Shown: in pieces, positions 1-11,253 of the stretch
Layout of the letters: every line of letters starts with the position of its first letter
How positions within the stretch are numbered: position 1 is the stretch's first letter
NCBI GenBank assembly: GCA_045837725.1
Contig: JBEWZL010000264.1
Span: forward strand, 62,001 to 86,081
Length of the DNA: 24,081 nt
Source of the DNA: Vermamoeba vermiformis
Lineage: Eukaryota
Reading direction: 5' to 3'
Notes under the pieces: model-generated
Seen by the model: the letters and a program-made list of their open reading frames with translations, nothing else
Databases searched by the model: none
Told to the model about the DNA's origin: nothing
Program-made: the position numbers and the translations under genes

Positions 1-2880
1 TTTACATGATGGCAAAACGAGGTACGTACTCTACTTGCTTCAAAATTTCCTTATTAGGCAATGCTAACTTAATTTGGATTAGAATCGCTACGACCGACAA
101 TTATGAACCATTTGAAGGCTTTGTCAAGGTTACGTGTCACGCCGAATGACCAACAAGTGTTGACTGCCATCATCAACCAATTGACACTACAGCCTGTTGA
201 AGTACGCAATAGCTTTGCGGACGAGGGGCTCTTAGACATTATGGACGAGATGTTGGCAATGGTGCAACAACAACTTTCAAAAAGTGCCATGGAACCGATG
301 CACAGTAGTAACAATGTGCCTGCGAACGCCTCCAACGACGGAATTATCAAGAGGATGTCGTCTGGTAGCATTAACATTACAAATTTGGTCATGAAGCCTC
401 CAACATTGCCCGAAGAAAATGAGGAAAAGGTTGAAGAAATTTCACCGAGCCACGAAGAGAACAACGCGCCAGTCACGGTCACCGTCAGCGAAGAAAACAA
501 CACCAATGAAATTTCACGACAAGACTCGTCAAGGCCGTTGTCTCGCAGCCATAGCAGTGCTCGTGCAAGTCTTGCAAGCAGTTCTGCGAGCTTGAATGTG
601 AGCAATACGAGCAACGCCGTCACCGTGTCAAACGAGGAAGACACGATACTTGTGGACAGCAGACAAATGATCACACAGCCCGGAGATTACACGCACTTTA
701 GCGAGAGTGCCAGCCTCAGATCGAGCAACAGCAGCGTATCGAATAACAACAATAGCTCGAAGAGTGAGACCTCCGTCAAGGCCGACATCGACTTGACCAA
801 CTTCCAAATCGGCACGGCCTTGCAAAGTGTCGTGACGAACATTGGATCACCTCATCCTCACCGAAGCCGCACTCACAGTCACGCCGAAAAGAAAGAGAAA
901 GAGAAGGATAAAGAGAAAGAAAAGGCGCGTCTGAAAGAATCGCACAGTAACTCCGCGGCAAATGTCATGAACATTGTCAAGCAAGCCAAGAAACGAAAAG
1001 CCAGCGCGAGCAAGAGCAACAATAACAACACTAATACCCATAGCGAAACGGAGGGGAGCTCGAGGCAAAGTGAAGACAACAGCAGCCTCGCTGAGAGTTA
1101 TTCCGCTGGTCAACACGTCGCTGCGAGTCTCATCAGCGATGCACGCGAAGTCGCAAGAAACACGTCACAGAAAGTCGCACAAATGGTCCTTAATCAACTC
1201 GGCACAATTCTTCGTTCGAGCAGCGAGGCAATTGAAGAGCCCTCTGACGAGTCGAGTTTCAGCGCGTCACAATCGGACAGCCTTCCCATCGTCCCTGGCA
1301 GTGGCACGAGCTCTACAGTGTCATCGTCAACCTCTAGCTTGCGTGAGAGTTATGCGACTCAAACACCGTCAACTAGTGCGCGATCGTTGCTTCGAAACAG
1401 TGGTAACTCGTTAGCGAACATGGGACTTGGCCTTGCGAACAGCTTGCAAGAGAGCAGCCTGCGGCCACACGACCCTCGCAGTGTGATGAACAGCGCGGAC
1501 ACTGACACGATTACGCACACGGCCTCGCGATCTACAATCACCACGAGCTCGTTGGGCACTATCGATGAAGGCAACAACACTAACATTGCTATCGACGCCT
1601 CTGCAGCGAGTTTTGTGCACGACAGCGCGATCATCAACGTTGACGTGGACAAATCAATGTCGGAACAACAGACCAATCAACAGCCTGCGGAGACTAAGGT
1701 AGTGGAAGTTATTCCGCCTATCACTGTCAACACGCACGGCACGCATGACAAGCATAACGTGCGCGACAGTTTGATGGGCAGTGCTGCCAACAGCACCAAC
1801 AACAGCGTTACAATCTTCAATGGCGCGTTGTTATCGTACTATGCCTTCACTTTGTACTACATGCTCGACTCTGTGGGTCGCTTAGCTGAGTCAGGTACGT
1901 CAGTCTCACCATTATAATATGGTCATATGACTAAATATAGTTATTTTCTCAGAGGAAATTAGGTCCAAATATAGCAACGAGCTGATCCAGATCTACAAAA
2001 AAGTAGATTCGTTGCTGCACATGAACATTATGGCACAAGTCACCCATCGTGGTCCTAATAATGAACCTATGACAGCCATCACTAACAAGCCAATGCTCGA
2101 GTTGTTCATTCAAAAAGAACAGAAGAAAATTGAAGCGTGGCTCCCGTGGACTCAACAACGTGTGATGAACAACAAGCCCTTTTATGCGCCCAAAGGACCC
2201 GTCGTGCTTGATATTAACTCGGCTACGCCTAATATCAAGCTGTCTGAAGATTGCTTACGAGTCACAAACTCGTCTGTTTTCTTCGAAAGTATTCGAGCGA
2301 ACAGATCCGTCTCACAAGGTACACTCTAACGACATTTACATATTAGTATGCTTATACTAATATTTTATTATTAGGAAAATGGTATTTCGAGCTCGAGACG
2401 GTCACATCCGGTTTGTTCCAGATCGGATGGGTGACGCCTGAAGTTGAGTTTAAGGCTCAAGAAGGCTACGGAGTTGGTGTTGGTGATGATGAACAAGGCT
2501 GGGCCGTGGATTATCAACGAGGCGTTATATGGCACGGCAGCAAGACGTTGTACGGGCCTGGCAAGAAGATCTGCAAAGCCGGAGATGTGGTTCAAGTCTT
2601 ACTTGATCTAGATTCCCGCGTTATGCGCTTTGGATTGAACGGCCAAATATTTGCTGATGCTTTCGTAAGTATTTTGAAAAATTTCAGTGAATCCAGAACA
2701 AGATCTAAATCCGGATTTATTTTTTAGGTCAACTTTGAAGCGAAAGAATTGTTTCCTGCAGTATCACTCGGTCAATTCCAGGAATGTGTAATTAATTTTG
2801 GAGACTCTGCATTGAGCTATCCAAAGGTACTCGAAGAAGGGTACTTGCCACTAAACAAAGTGGCTACAAATGTAAAATAA
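1..2880 (+). CDS. SPRY/B30.2-domain protein (RSPRY1-like), 5'-partial, with long Ser/Asn-rich disordered region
   Basis: Exons <1-21, 83-1894, 1953-2318, 2375-2664, 2728-2880 (TAA); all four introns are GT-AG and phase-consistent. C-terminus reads FESIRANRSVSQGKWYFELETVTSGLFQIGWVT...EGYGVGVGDDEQGWAVD...GDVVQVLLDLDSRVMRFGLNG...LFPAVSLGQFQECVINFG, an RSPRY1-type SPRY domain. Start lies upstream of the window. Confidence 0.85.
400..1810 (+). repeat. Low-complexity coding region (Ser/Asn/Thr-rich with a K/E tract)
   Basis: Translation is dominated by S, N, T and E runs (SSNSSVSNNNNSSKS, EKKEKEKDKEKEK at ~886-923, SSTVSSSTSS). Boundaries approximate. Confidence 0.7.
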
Positions 2881-3109
2881 CTTGAAACAAAACTGAAACA
2901 AGAACGAAATAACAAAATTGTACATATCATAACAACCCTTTTGATAGCGAAATAAATCCAATCAAAAGTGTCTATAGAAAATTCATGAATTGCCACGTGA
3001 TCTCCTTTTCCGGACAAAAAAAACTGTCGTTTCAAGGAATGTGTTCAGCATTTGCGATTGAAAAATATTAAATATTAAACAAGAGCTACAACGTATATAC
3101 TACCTACAA

Positions 3110-4738
3110 ATGGAGTTCGATTCCGCGAGAAGTAGCGTTAATCAGTTGCAAGATCTGCTTAATAAACCGATCCAACATCAATCTAAGCAAAATAAGAATA
3201 AAAATTCGAGGGGCATACCTCTAAAGCATAGCATGCGATTATGGGCTGCCCTAAGATGGATCACATTGATTATGGCAATAGTCTTCGTTGGCGGTTACGT
3301 TATATTTTTGATGGTATTGCCACCGATGTACAATGTCGAACAAGCCTATCCTGGTTATTGGGGAAAAGTTGGTTTTTATATTCATGCATTTCCTGGAAGT
3401 GTCATCTGGCTCATCTTAGGAGCTCTTCAGCAGTTTTCACAAATCCGGGCCAAGACGCCGAAAGTGCATCACGTTATGGGCTACATTGGCTTAGTGAACC
3501 TATTTATATCGATTATAGGTGGTTGCATTATTTGTTTAAGCGGAGAAACGGAAGGAGGATTGACGTTGGCGATAGATGGCGTTGTAGTTTTTATTTATTG
3601 GGGAATTTGCGTAAGAAAATATTTCAAATATTTAATTTTTGCTAATAATTGAATATATTAGGGTGCTTTTGGATGGTACTACATTAAGTTTCAGTACAAT
3701 GTTGACAAACATCGCGAGTGGATGTCGCGAGCATACCTTTTGTCCTACGTAATCGTGATTATGCGACCAGCCATTATATTATTATTAGTATTAGTTCCAA
3801 GTATGACTGGTGGTGAAGCACTTGCTTTGGTAGCCCCGTTGTTTTTCTTTTTGGCATCCGTCATTGTCGAACTGCACATACGCCGCCAACGAGCTCATCA
3901 GACTAATATTCAAGTGCATTATATATCAATGCCTAAAGATCCGTATAATGAACTAGACAGAGACAACGAAGTTCAGCTGATCAACTTTCGAGATGACTTC
4001 GCTAAAGTTCAATTGGTGCAAAAACAAGAGTTGACGCATAATACAGCTCTATTCGTATTTAAATTGCCTATTAAGGGTAGTTTAATGATGTTCCCAGGGC
4101 ATCACGTGGTTTTACGTAGTCGGATCCAGGATCGAACCGTCATTCGACCGTACACTCCAGTCACTTCGCTCGTTCGATACTTTGGCAATGGCTCTCATGA
4201 TAATAATATTATGGAGACTATGAACATTAATGGCACTGTTGCGTTGGCTGTCAAAAAGTACCCTAACGGCGAGATGTCGTCGTGGATGCACGAATCCATG
4301 AAAATTGGAGATTGCATCGATATGATGGGACCTATGGGTGGATACTACTATCGTCCAAATCAGTTTAATGCGGTTGGTTTAATCGCAGGTGGATCTGGCA
4401 TTACTCCAGTATTAAGTGTACTGATGGCTGGATTGACTAATTCTAGCGACAAAACAAAATTTTCTCTTATTTATGTTAATTCTAGCGAACGAGACATAAT
4501 TTTCCGAGAAGAGTTGGAGCAATTAAGCCACCAATTCCCAGAACGATTTGATCTGAATTTAACGAGTGGCACTAGAATCACTCGTGCTATTATTAGAGGT
4601 TATATGCCAAAGCCAAGCGATAATATTCAGGTTTTAGTTTGTGGTCCAACCGGATTCGCTACAACAGTGCAATCAATGCTGCGAAATGAAAACTACGCTG
4701 AGCACACTGTATTTACCTTTGGCGAAACGGATAAATAA
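3110..4738 (+). CDS. DUF2306-like ~6-TM membrane domain fused to an NADH-cytochrome b5 reductase-type FAD/NAD-binding domain (525 aa)
   Basis: Exons 3110-3610 and 3662-4738 are joined by a phase-0 51-nt intron (GTAAGA...GCTAAT...TTAG). N-half: YIHAFPG...LGALQQFSQIRAKTPKVHHVMGY...KHREWMSRAY (DUF2306 pattern). C-half: THNTALFVF, PGHHV, RPYTPV, KKYPNGEMS, GPMG, IAGGSGITPV, YVNSSERDII, LVCGP, terminal FTF (cytochrome b5 reductase/FNR motifs). Confidence 0.88.
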
Positions 4739-4920
4739 TCGATACTTGTAAATAATCTAATTAAAGCGTATTAGTGTTAGAAATGCGCATTTGTTAAATG
4801 ATCAGATCTGCGTACCAACAACGATCTCGATCGCGTACGTTTCAATCAAGTTGACTTCCATTTAAACCACTATCGAGGTCTAATTATGTAGTATATGCTT
4901 GATATTTCACCTAGTTGAAA

Positions 4921-5574
4921 TTAATCGTCTTTATTCGTCTCTTTTTTAACAGCTTCTTTCCAATCGTCTGCATCCGCTTCGAATGTTTTGTAGCCATATG
5001 CACTAGCAATGCTCCACATAGCTCGTTCAGCAATAGTCCATCCTTTGGGCTTACCATACTTCAAGTAATTGAGAACTGCTGGCATCCAGTGTCGATAAAA
5101 TTCCGCATCCGCAGAGTAGATCCCGCTGTTGGCTAGTTTCGTCTCTTCGTGTAATAAATATAGGTACCTGCTATGTAGTTCTTGCATGTCTTCATTTGAA
5201 GGCTCTTTCCAGTCGTCAGTAAATTCTTTGCCAGATGTACGGATGTCCACCGATGTCATATTCGTGCGACAGGTCCAAATAGGCCTGTATTCTGTTGGTG
5301 AGACCCAACCATCTAATGCTATAAATATAGACATCGGTTCAATGTCCTGTCTAGGGCGATCTGGTTTCCAAAATTCCAGATTTCGCTTTGAATCTTCTCT
5401 AAAATAATAATATTAATTTTACAAAATACAATATAATTATCTCTAATTATCTATGGCATACTTAGCGGTTTCTTTTTTCTTATTACCAAACGCCCAAAGG
5501 GATCTCACCGATTGTTGCTTACGCTTGTTAGCGCATACTCTAATTGCTCTCGAAATAAAACTACGACTTAACAT
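4921..5574 (-). CDS. Hypothetical protein, probably mitochondrial (196 aa)
   Basis: Exon 1 5574-5462 (MLSRSFISRAIRVCANKRKQQSVRSLWAFG..., Arg/Ser-rich and acid-free like a presequence); phase-2 intron 5461-5399 (GTATGC...TTTAG); exon 2 5398-4921 is in frame with the ORF-track 137-aa ORF. No family recognised. Confidence 0.72.
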
Positions 5575-5758
5575 TATTTAAATAGGAGTTGTGTTCCTCA
5601 ATTATTTACAAAAAGACGAGTTTTGCCGATTAATTTTTTCGCTGCTTTGATTGAACGAAAGAAATTACAAAAATAGACAATACGTTACACTATTGCTTAC
5701 CGTTAATGACACTGGCCTAAAAGTTGATTGCAATTTTGTTTATTATGAACATTAGGCT

Positions 5759-8700
5759 TCAAGCCAAATAAAACATTACAACGATCGCCAATACCAGCGC
5801 CAATGCCGATACCTTCACAGTGGTTGTCATGTAACTTGTTTGTGATGGTGCAGTGCTGTTTGTTCGTGACACGTGCTTAGTCTCATCAATCTTGCTGGCG
5901 ATATCTCCTGTAGTGTTAGACTGAGCCTGGCGAGAGCTATCAACATCGCTTGTCTTATTGTTATTATTAACACTTGTAGTATTGTTAGTGTTGCTCTTAG
6001 GAGGTGCTTGACAACAATCGTCAGATCCACATCCGTGGCTGTGAGCATTGCTATCGCTTGAAGATTTTTGACTCGGTTTTTCACAATCGCAATTTTCGCA
6101 GAATTCGTTTGAATTTTCATCGTCATTATCGCCCTTTTCGTTCTCTTCTTCTTCGCGTAACTTGTTGTCATCGATCTCGTTCAATTCTTCTTCTTGACCG
6201 TGTCCATATTCAACATTAATTTGCTTGCCTCCCTTGCTAGCGTGTTTAATAACTTTGCCAGACGGTAAGCCGCTAAAAATAATTAATAAATTAGTACGAA
6301 ATTAAAATAATATTCTTTTTTCCATTTTTGGAAATCATGTCACGTGGTACGTACGAGTTGATTGGCGGAGGTCTAACAGGTGCTTGGTCAATAGATTCCT
6401 CGATGATCTTTGCAGTCATTTCAAATCGACTTTCAGCGATTACTTCGACTTCAATCAACTTGCCCATGACACGCTTGTCTTTGGGCACGAGCACTTGTTC
6501 GTAAGCCTTAGTCTTGCCTACATAGTGCTTGCCATCAGGGGCCTTGTCGGTCACAAGCACTTTTATTCGTTGACCGACCTAAAAAATATAAGCATTCGTT
6601 AGAAACATACGCAAAAGTAGTGTATCCGCATCCAGCATAAAACGATTTGTCCTTGTGTTATTGAGGTATTCAAATATGCTATATGGATGAACTTAGTATT
6701 AATGGTGTTTATATTACTTACGCGTCCTTTAAATGGTCTAAATTCTTCGAATAAATGGGTCAGCTCGCGAGATCTTTTCTTAACTTCAGAAGTTGGCAAT
6801 CGTTGCATTTTAGCAGCAGGTGTGCCAGGGCGAGGATAAAATTGATTGATGAATAACGATGCGAATTTGTACTCGCGAACCAAGTCCATTGTAATTTCAA
6901 AGTCTTCAGCTGTTTCAGTCGGGAAGCCACAAATAATGTCTGTAGCGATATTTACACCAGGGACCTATTAAATAACTCATAAGTATATAATACACCATAT
7001 ATAATCGTTTTTGGTACAGTAGTAAAGTTAAAGCAGCTCGTTACAAATAAAAAAAAAGTGGATCAAGAACACTGCTTTCCATTAAATTTAAATAGTATAT
7101 AATATGATTATTATACTAACCTTTTCTCTTAAAACATCAACGACGCGCTTGAAATCTTGCAAAGTGTATTCTCGCCGCATGTCTTGCAAAACTTTATCGG
7201 ATGCCGCTTGTACTGGTACGTGCAAGAAAGAATATACTCGTGGATGCGCTAAAATCTTGCCCATTTCTTCTAAATGCTCCAAAATATACGGAGGATTCGT
7301 CATACCAACACGTAAGAACGTGCCTATTAAAATAAGTGTGAGAACCAAGTATTTAAAATTGAAGCATATATTATGTTGTTATTAATATAGCCTCAATCAC
7401 TAGCTATTTTAGAAATCAGTATAGGGTATATTTCTAGCGACTTAAAGATCCGGATTTGATTAATAAAATATAGGGTACCTTCAGGCAAGACTTCAACAAT
7501 CTTCCATAAAAGACTAGGCAGGTCAGTGCCTATATCTCTTCCATATGCACCAGTATCTTCACTAGACAACCAAATCTCAACAACGCCTTCTTCATGAACG
7601 ACTTTCTTGATCCGGTTGACAATGTCTTCAGGTGGATAAGAGCCTAATTGACCTCTTGCATGCTTAGTCTTGCAATATGTACATTGATTTAAACAGCCTG
7701 TTGAAATTGGCACAATTTCTACGAACGGATTTTTTCTGATTTTGGGCAGATCCAAACTACAAGTTAACGAACCCAATGTTAGTACACTAATACATATATA
7801 ACTTAATTGTGATATATTATAGTACGTACTCGGCACCTCCTAATCGTTTCTTGCCTTCTTTCTTTTGTCCTAACAATCTGACCGCGTGTCCCTTTAACGT
7901 TTCTTCGACTACTTCAACGACACGATCGATTTGTTGTACCTGTATTTAACAATACGACTATATTAGTATCTTATTATAATAGGTCCCAATGCGTATATAT
8001 TATCGAATTTGCAACATTATTCTAATGATATGTAATCGATGACAAGTGGACTGAAGATCCACCTCAAAACATAATTCAGCAGGTGGATCCGCAGCTCATA
8101 TTTGGAGTTGATTGTCATGGTATTGCATTATTATTAATATTATTATGTTATATACTTACGCCGATGATAGAAATGCCCTTCAAAGCTTTGTGGCTCGGTG
8201 CAGCTTGAGGAACACATCCAGCAACGACTAAATGTTTGCCGTGGTCTCTGGCCTTAGTAACTTCATTCACGAAATGATCTTGCGCGGGATTTTTGACTGT
8301 ACAACTGTTCAAGAGCCATAGATCGGCTACATCCGGATCGTCGGTGATCGTGTAACCATACGATGCTAATTGACCAGCCATATATTCTAAAAATATTATT
8401 TTATGAATGTTTCTCCTATGCGGAGTATTTTGCTATGAAATTAGATAAACGATCAGCGATCTGAGAAAAATACAATAATTAATGTCAAAAATAATTGTTT
8501 CAAAACCTCGGTACCGAAAATATACCGACAATTATATGAGTAAATATTTGCTAAAATAAATTGAACAGAAAAAAAGACCAGATCGAGATCAATTAAATAA
8601 ATAATTACCTCCATCGCTGGTGTTATGCGAGCAACCCCATGTCTTGACATAAATAGACTGCACACCAGGAATATTAGCTCCTACTGGTTTATCCGCTGCT

Positions 8701-8816
8701 TTGCCGCGAGGACCTTTTCTTTTCGGTTGTACATCTGAATGCGGCAATCGCTGAACTGGAGGATCTGATTCCTTAATAATATCCTCTATATCGTCAATAT
8801 CTGCATTATGTGACAT
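5759..8816 (-). CDS. CDKAL1: Threonylcarbamoyladenosine tRNA methylthiotransferase (CDKAL1/e-MtaB), 668 aa
   Basis: Eight exons: 8816-8609, 8386-8160, 7939-7830, 7756-7479, 7323-7121, 6964-6722, 6578-6355, 6272-5759. UPF0004 Cys motifs ([33 protein letters not shown]), radical-SAM [49 protein letters not shown] domain, and a C-terminal hydrophobic tail anchor ([17 protein letters not shown]). Confidence 0.96.
8056..8089. repeat. Intronic inverted repeat / hairpin in CDKAL1 intron 2
   Basis: GATCCACCT (8056-8064) and AGGTGGATC (8081-8089) are perfect reverse complements with a 16-nt spacer; flanking CTG/CAG could extend the stem. Confidence 0.55.
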
Positions 8817-9009
8817 GTTGAATTCCAAAAGATACGCAAATAAAATGGACAAGATAAAATTTGCGATCCTGAATAGACACTTTTGCCATTAATTAAACGC
8901 CACGGTATAATAATATGGAACATAATAGATTCTTATATATTAGCATTTCGAGTTTATTTACAAGTTAATGTACAATTCTACAATAAAGGCAAAAAAAAGA
9001 CCAAGTTGT

Positions 9010-11253
9010 TTAGACTTTGTAATCAGAAGCCATGCTATCGACGAGAGCCAACTTAATGTTAATATCATTGCCATCATGGCGCAACTGCATGCGAGCCTCA
9101 TCAATCTTCGAAGAGAGCTTGTTCTCCATCTCAGACAAGCGGCTTTCAAACTCATTGTCCTTGGCCTTGAGATCTTCAACCATTCGCTTTCTAGCTTCTT
9201 CAATGCATTGTTTAACGCTCCTAAGATATTAATAAAATCAGTTTTGCTACTAAACAAAGTTTGGATGCCGGATGTACTTACGCATGCATCTTTTCGTAAA
9301 TAGACTGGATAAGTTGCTGAGTATGGTCGATGGTTTGATACATATAAGAGCTGATATGAGAGCTCTTCAAGACAGTACCAGCAAGCGAAGCTTGTTGTTG
9401 GAGTTGTTCTTGCATCTGCTTGTACGACTCGAGGTTAGTGTACAAAGCAGACAACCAGGTTGCAACTTGGCTGTGGTCCTAGATCGAATTTCGTTAGTAT
9501 TTTGTTATTAGGTGGTTTTTGAATCAAGACTTACCGCTGCAACTTTAGTAGCGATGGATCGTTGGAGCTCTTGCAAATCTTGTTCGCTGATAGGCAAAGT
9601 TGACAAAGAAGACAAAATTTCCTTGAGTTCGTTGGTAGTCTTGATGATAATGTCCTCGATCGGTTGCTCAGGACGATCTGAAGATCTGGCTCCAACTTGA
9701 TCTTTCTTAGGCAAAAACTCGATGCCAACATCTCTGCCCTCCAACCTATTAAGAAGTTCGTTAGAAGCCATCACTTTGATAGGTACTTTCGATTGACTTA
9801 CTTTGGTCTGATGAGGCTGATGCCGTCCTTGACAAAGTTAACTTGCTTTTCGATCCAAGACTCGAGCGAATCTACAGCAACCTTGCTATCGTTCTCAGCC
9901 TTATGGATGGCCTTCTTAACATGGCCCATTTGGTGTCGAACAGTATCCATCTCCTTCTCTTCGTTCAAGACATTTTCAACGGCGAATAAAAGCCTACACA
10001 AGCAAAGATCAGGATCGGATTCGTTTCGCAGAATAACGAGAAAACCGAATCTCGTGAAGTATACTTACTTGGAGAGACCGTTAGTATCGGCGTTAGCGAT
10101 AAGATCGGCGTCAGATTCGTGCGGCTCTTCCAAAAATGCTCGACCGCCCCAGGTCTTCTGCATAGCTTCAGCTTTGCAATTCTTGATGATAGCCTCTTCA
10201 CCATCGCTTTCAAGGAATTGTTTGCGAGCAAGAAGTTGGTATTCGTCGACTACAGAGAAAATCGGGTTAGCAACGCGGATCGATCGGATGTGCATTGCAA
10301 ATGGGTCAAGAAAAGCAGAAAGAAAACGGTGGAATCACATCCGTGTGATCAGTTCGATGAATAACACGTGGGCAGTAAAGAAAGGAAAACTCATTTGCAA
10401 AAAGTTTGACCGTGGATTTCCAAAGCTAGATGAAAAGCTCGGATCATCTCTGTGTGGAGCAATCATCTGAAAAAGATTCGTACCACAAAAAAATTACGAA
10501 AACGCGCAGAGAATTTGCTCTGGTGCGTAATCTCATGAAAAAAGCAGATTTGAGAGAAACAATAATATCTCGATTACATCGCTTCCCGGGAAATAATCGT
10601 CACTAGATTTGACGAATAACATGTCTAAAACCATGTAGGTTTCGAAAACAGTAATTTCTGAAGTAAGGGAAGCGAGATCTAAATTAAACAAAACTTGGAT
10701 TTGGGTTTTCTCGACGCTGTGTCAACTTCAAATTTTTTAAAAATATAAATCACTTACCTCTAATATTTCTCTTCCTGCTGCAGTTACTGCAGTGAGCTCC
10801 GAACTGTTGTCTGTTCTTAAAAAAGTGCACTGGCCATGTAACGTTGCAGTATTTACAGTAATAGATGTCCTTGCTCTCTTCCTCTTGAATATGCTTGGGC
10901 TTGCGTCCTCGCTTACGAGGAACGATGTCGTTGCCAATGGCGCTATTCTGCTCGATCAAGGCAAGATTGCCCACGGCACTCGGCGAGTTGTACTTCTTAG
11001 TGGTCACTACCACTGGTCGTCGACGAAGTGACCATTTGACGCCGCATGCGTTGCAGAGAGTTCCTTTACCGCCAGGTCCACGACGCCACATCGGAGTTTG
11101 CGTAGCTTGACAGAAGTCGCAGATGCGTTGGATCTTGCTTACAGAGCGAACTTCTTGTCCAAACTCGTTGATAGTGATGATTTCAGTGCTGTCCTCGGAT
11201 ATCGGTTCAAATTCACCGTGTTCAAATTGCTCGTATTGCATTACGTCTGTCAT
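9010..11253 (-). CDS. GATA-type zinc-finger transcription factor (CX2CX18CX2C) with AT-hook-like motif, second Zn finger and coiled-coil C-terminus (495 aa)
   Basis: Exons 11253-10758, 10249-10069, 9993-9802, 9745-9535, 9478-9282, 9220-9010 (TAA) total 1488 nt, in frame. GATA finger CDFCQATQTPMWRRGPGGKGTLCNACG; RKRGRKPK; CKYC...QQFGAHCSNC; heptad-rich tail (RMVEDLKAKDNEFESRLSEMENKLSSKIDEARMQL). The exon 1-exon 2 join across the 508-nt intron is inferred from phase match. Confidence 0.87.

Noticed and set aside
69-1676. Several minus-strand and alternate-frame ORFs (69-674, 847-1116, 974-1414, 1359-1676)
   Set aside because: Shadows of the low-complexity exon of gene 1; no motifs or independent splice structure.
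2958-3000. CCAAT plus GCCACGTGA (G-box/E-box) upstream of the DUF2306-reductase gene
   Set aside because: Single short motifs with no corroborating conservation or expression data.
9010-10295. Coiled-coil exons as a separate gene
   Set aside because: No convincing start codon of their own; the acceptor at 10250 matches the phase-1 donor at 10757, giving one 1488-nt CDS with the GATA exon.
9697-10470. 257-aa plus-strand ORF
   Set aside because: Antisense to GATA-gene exons and introns; no recognisable domain and no ATG at its listed start.
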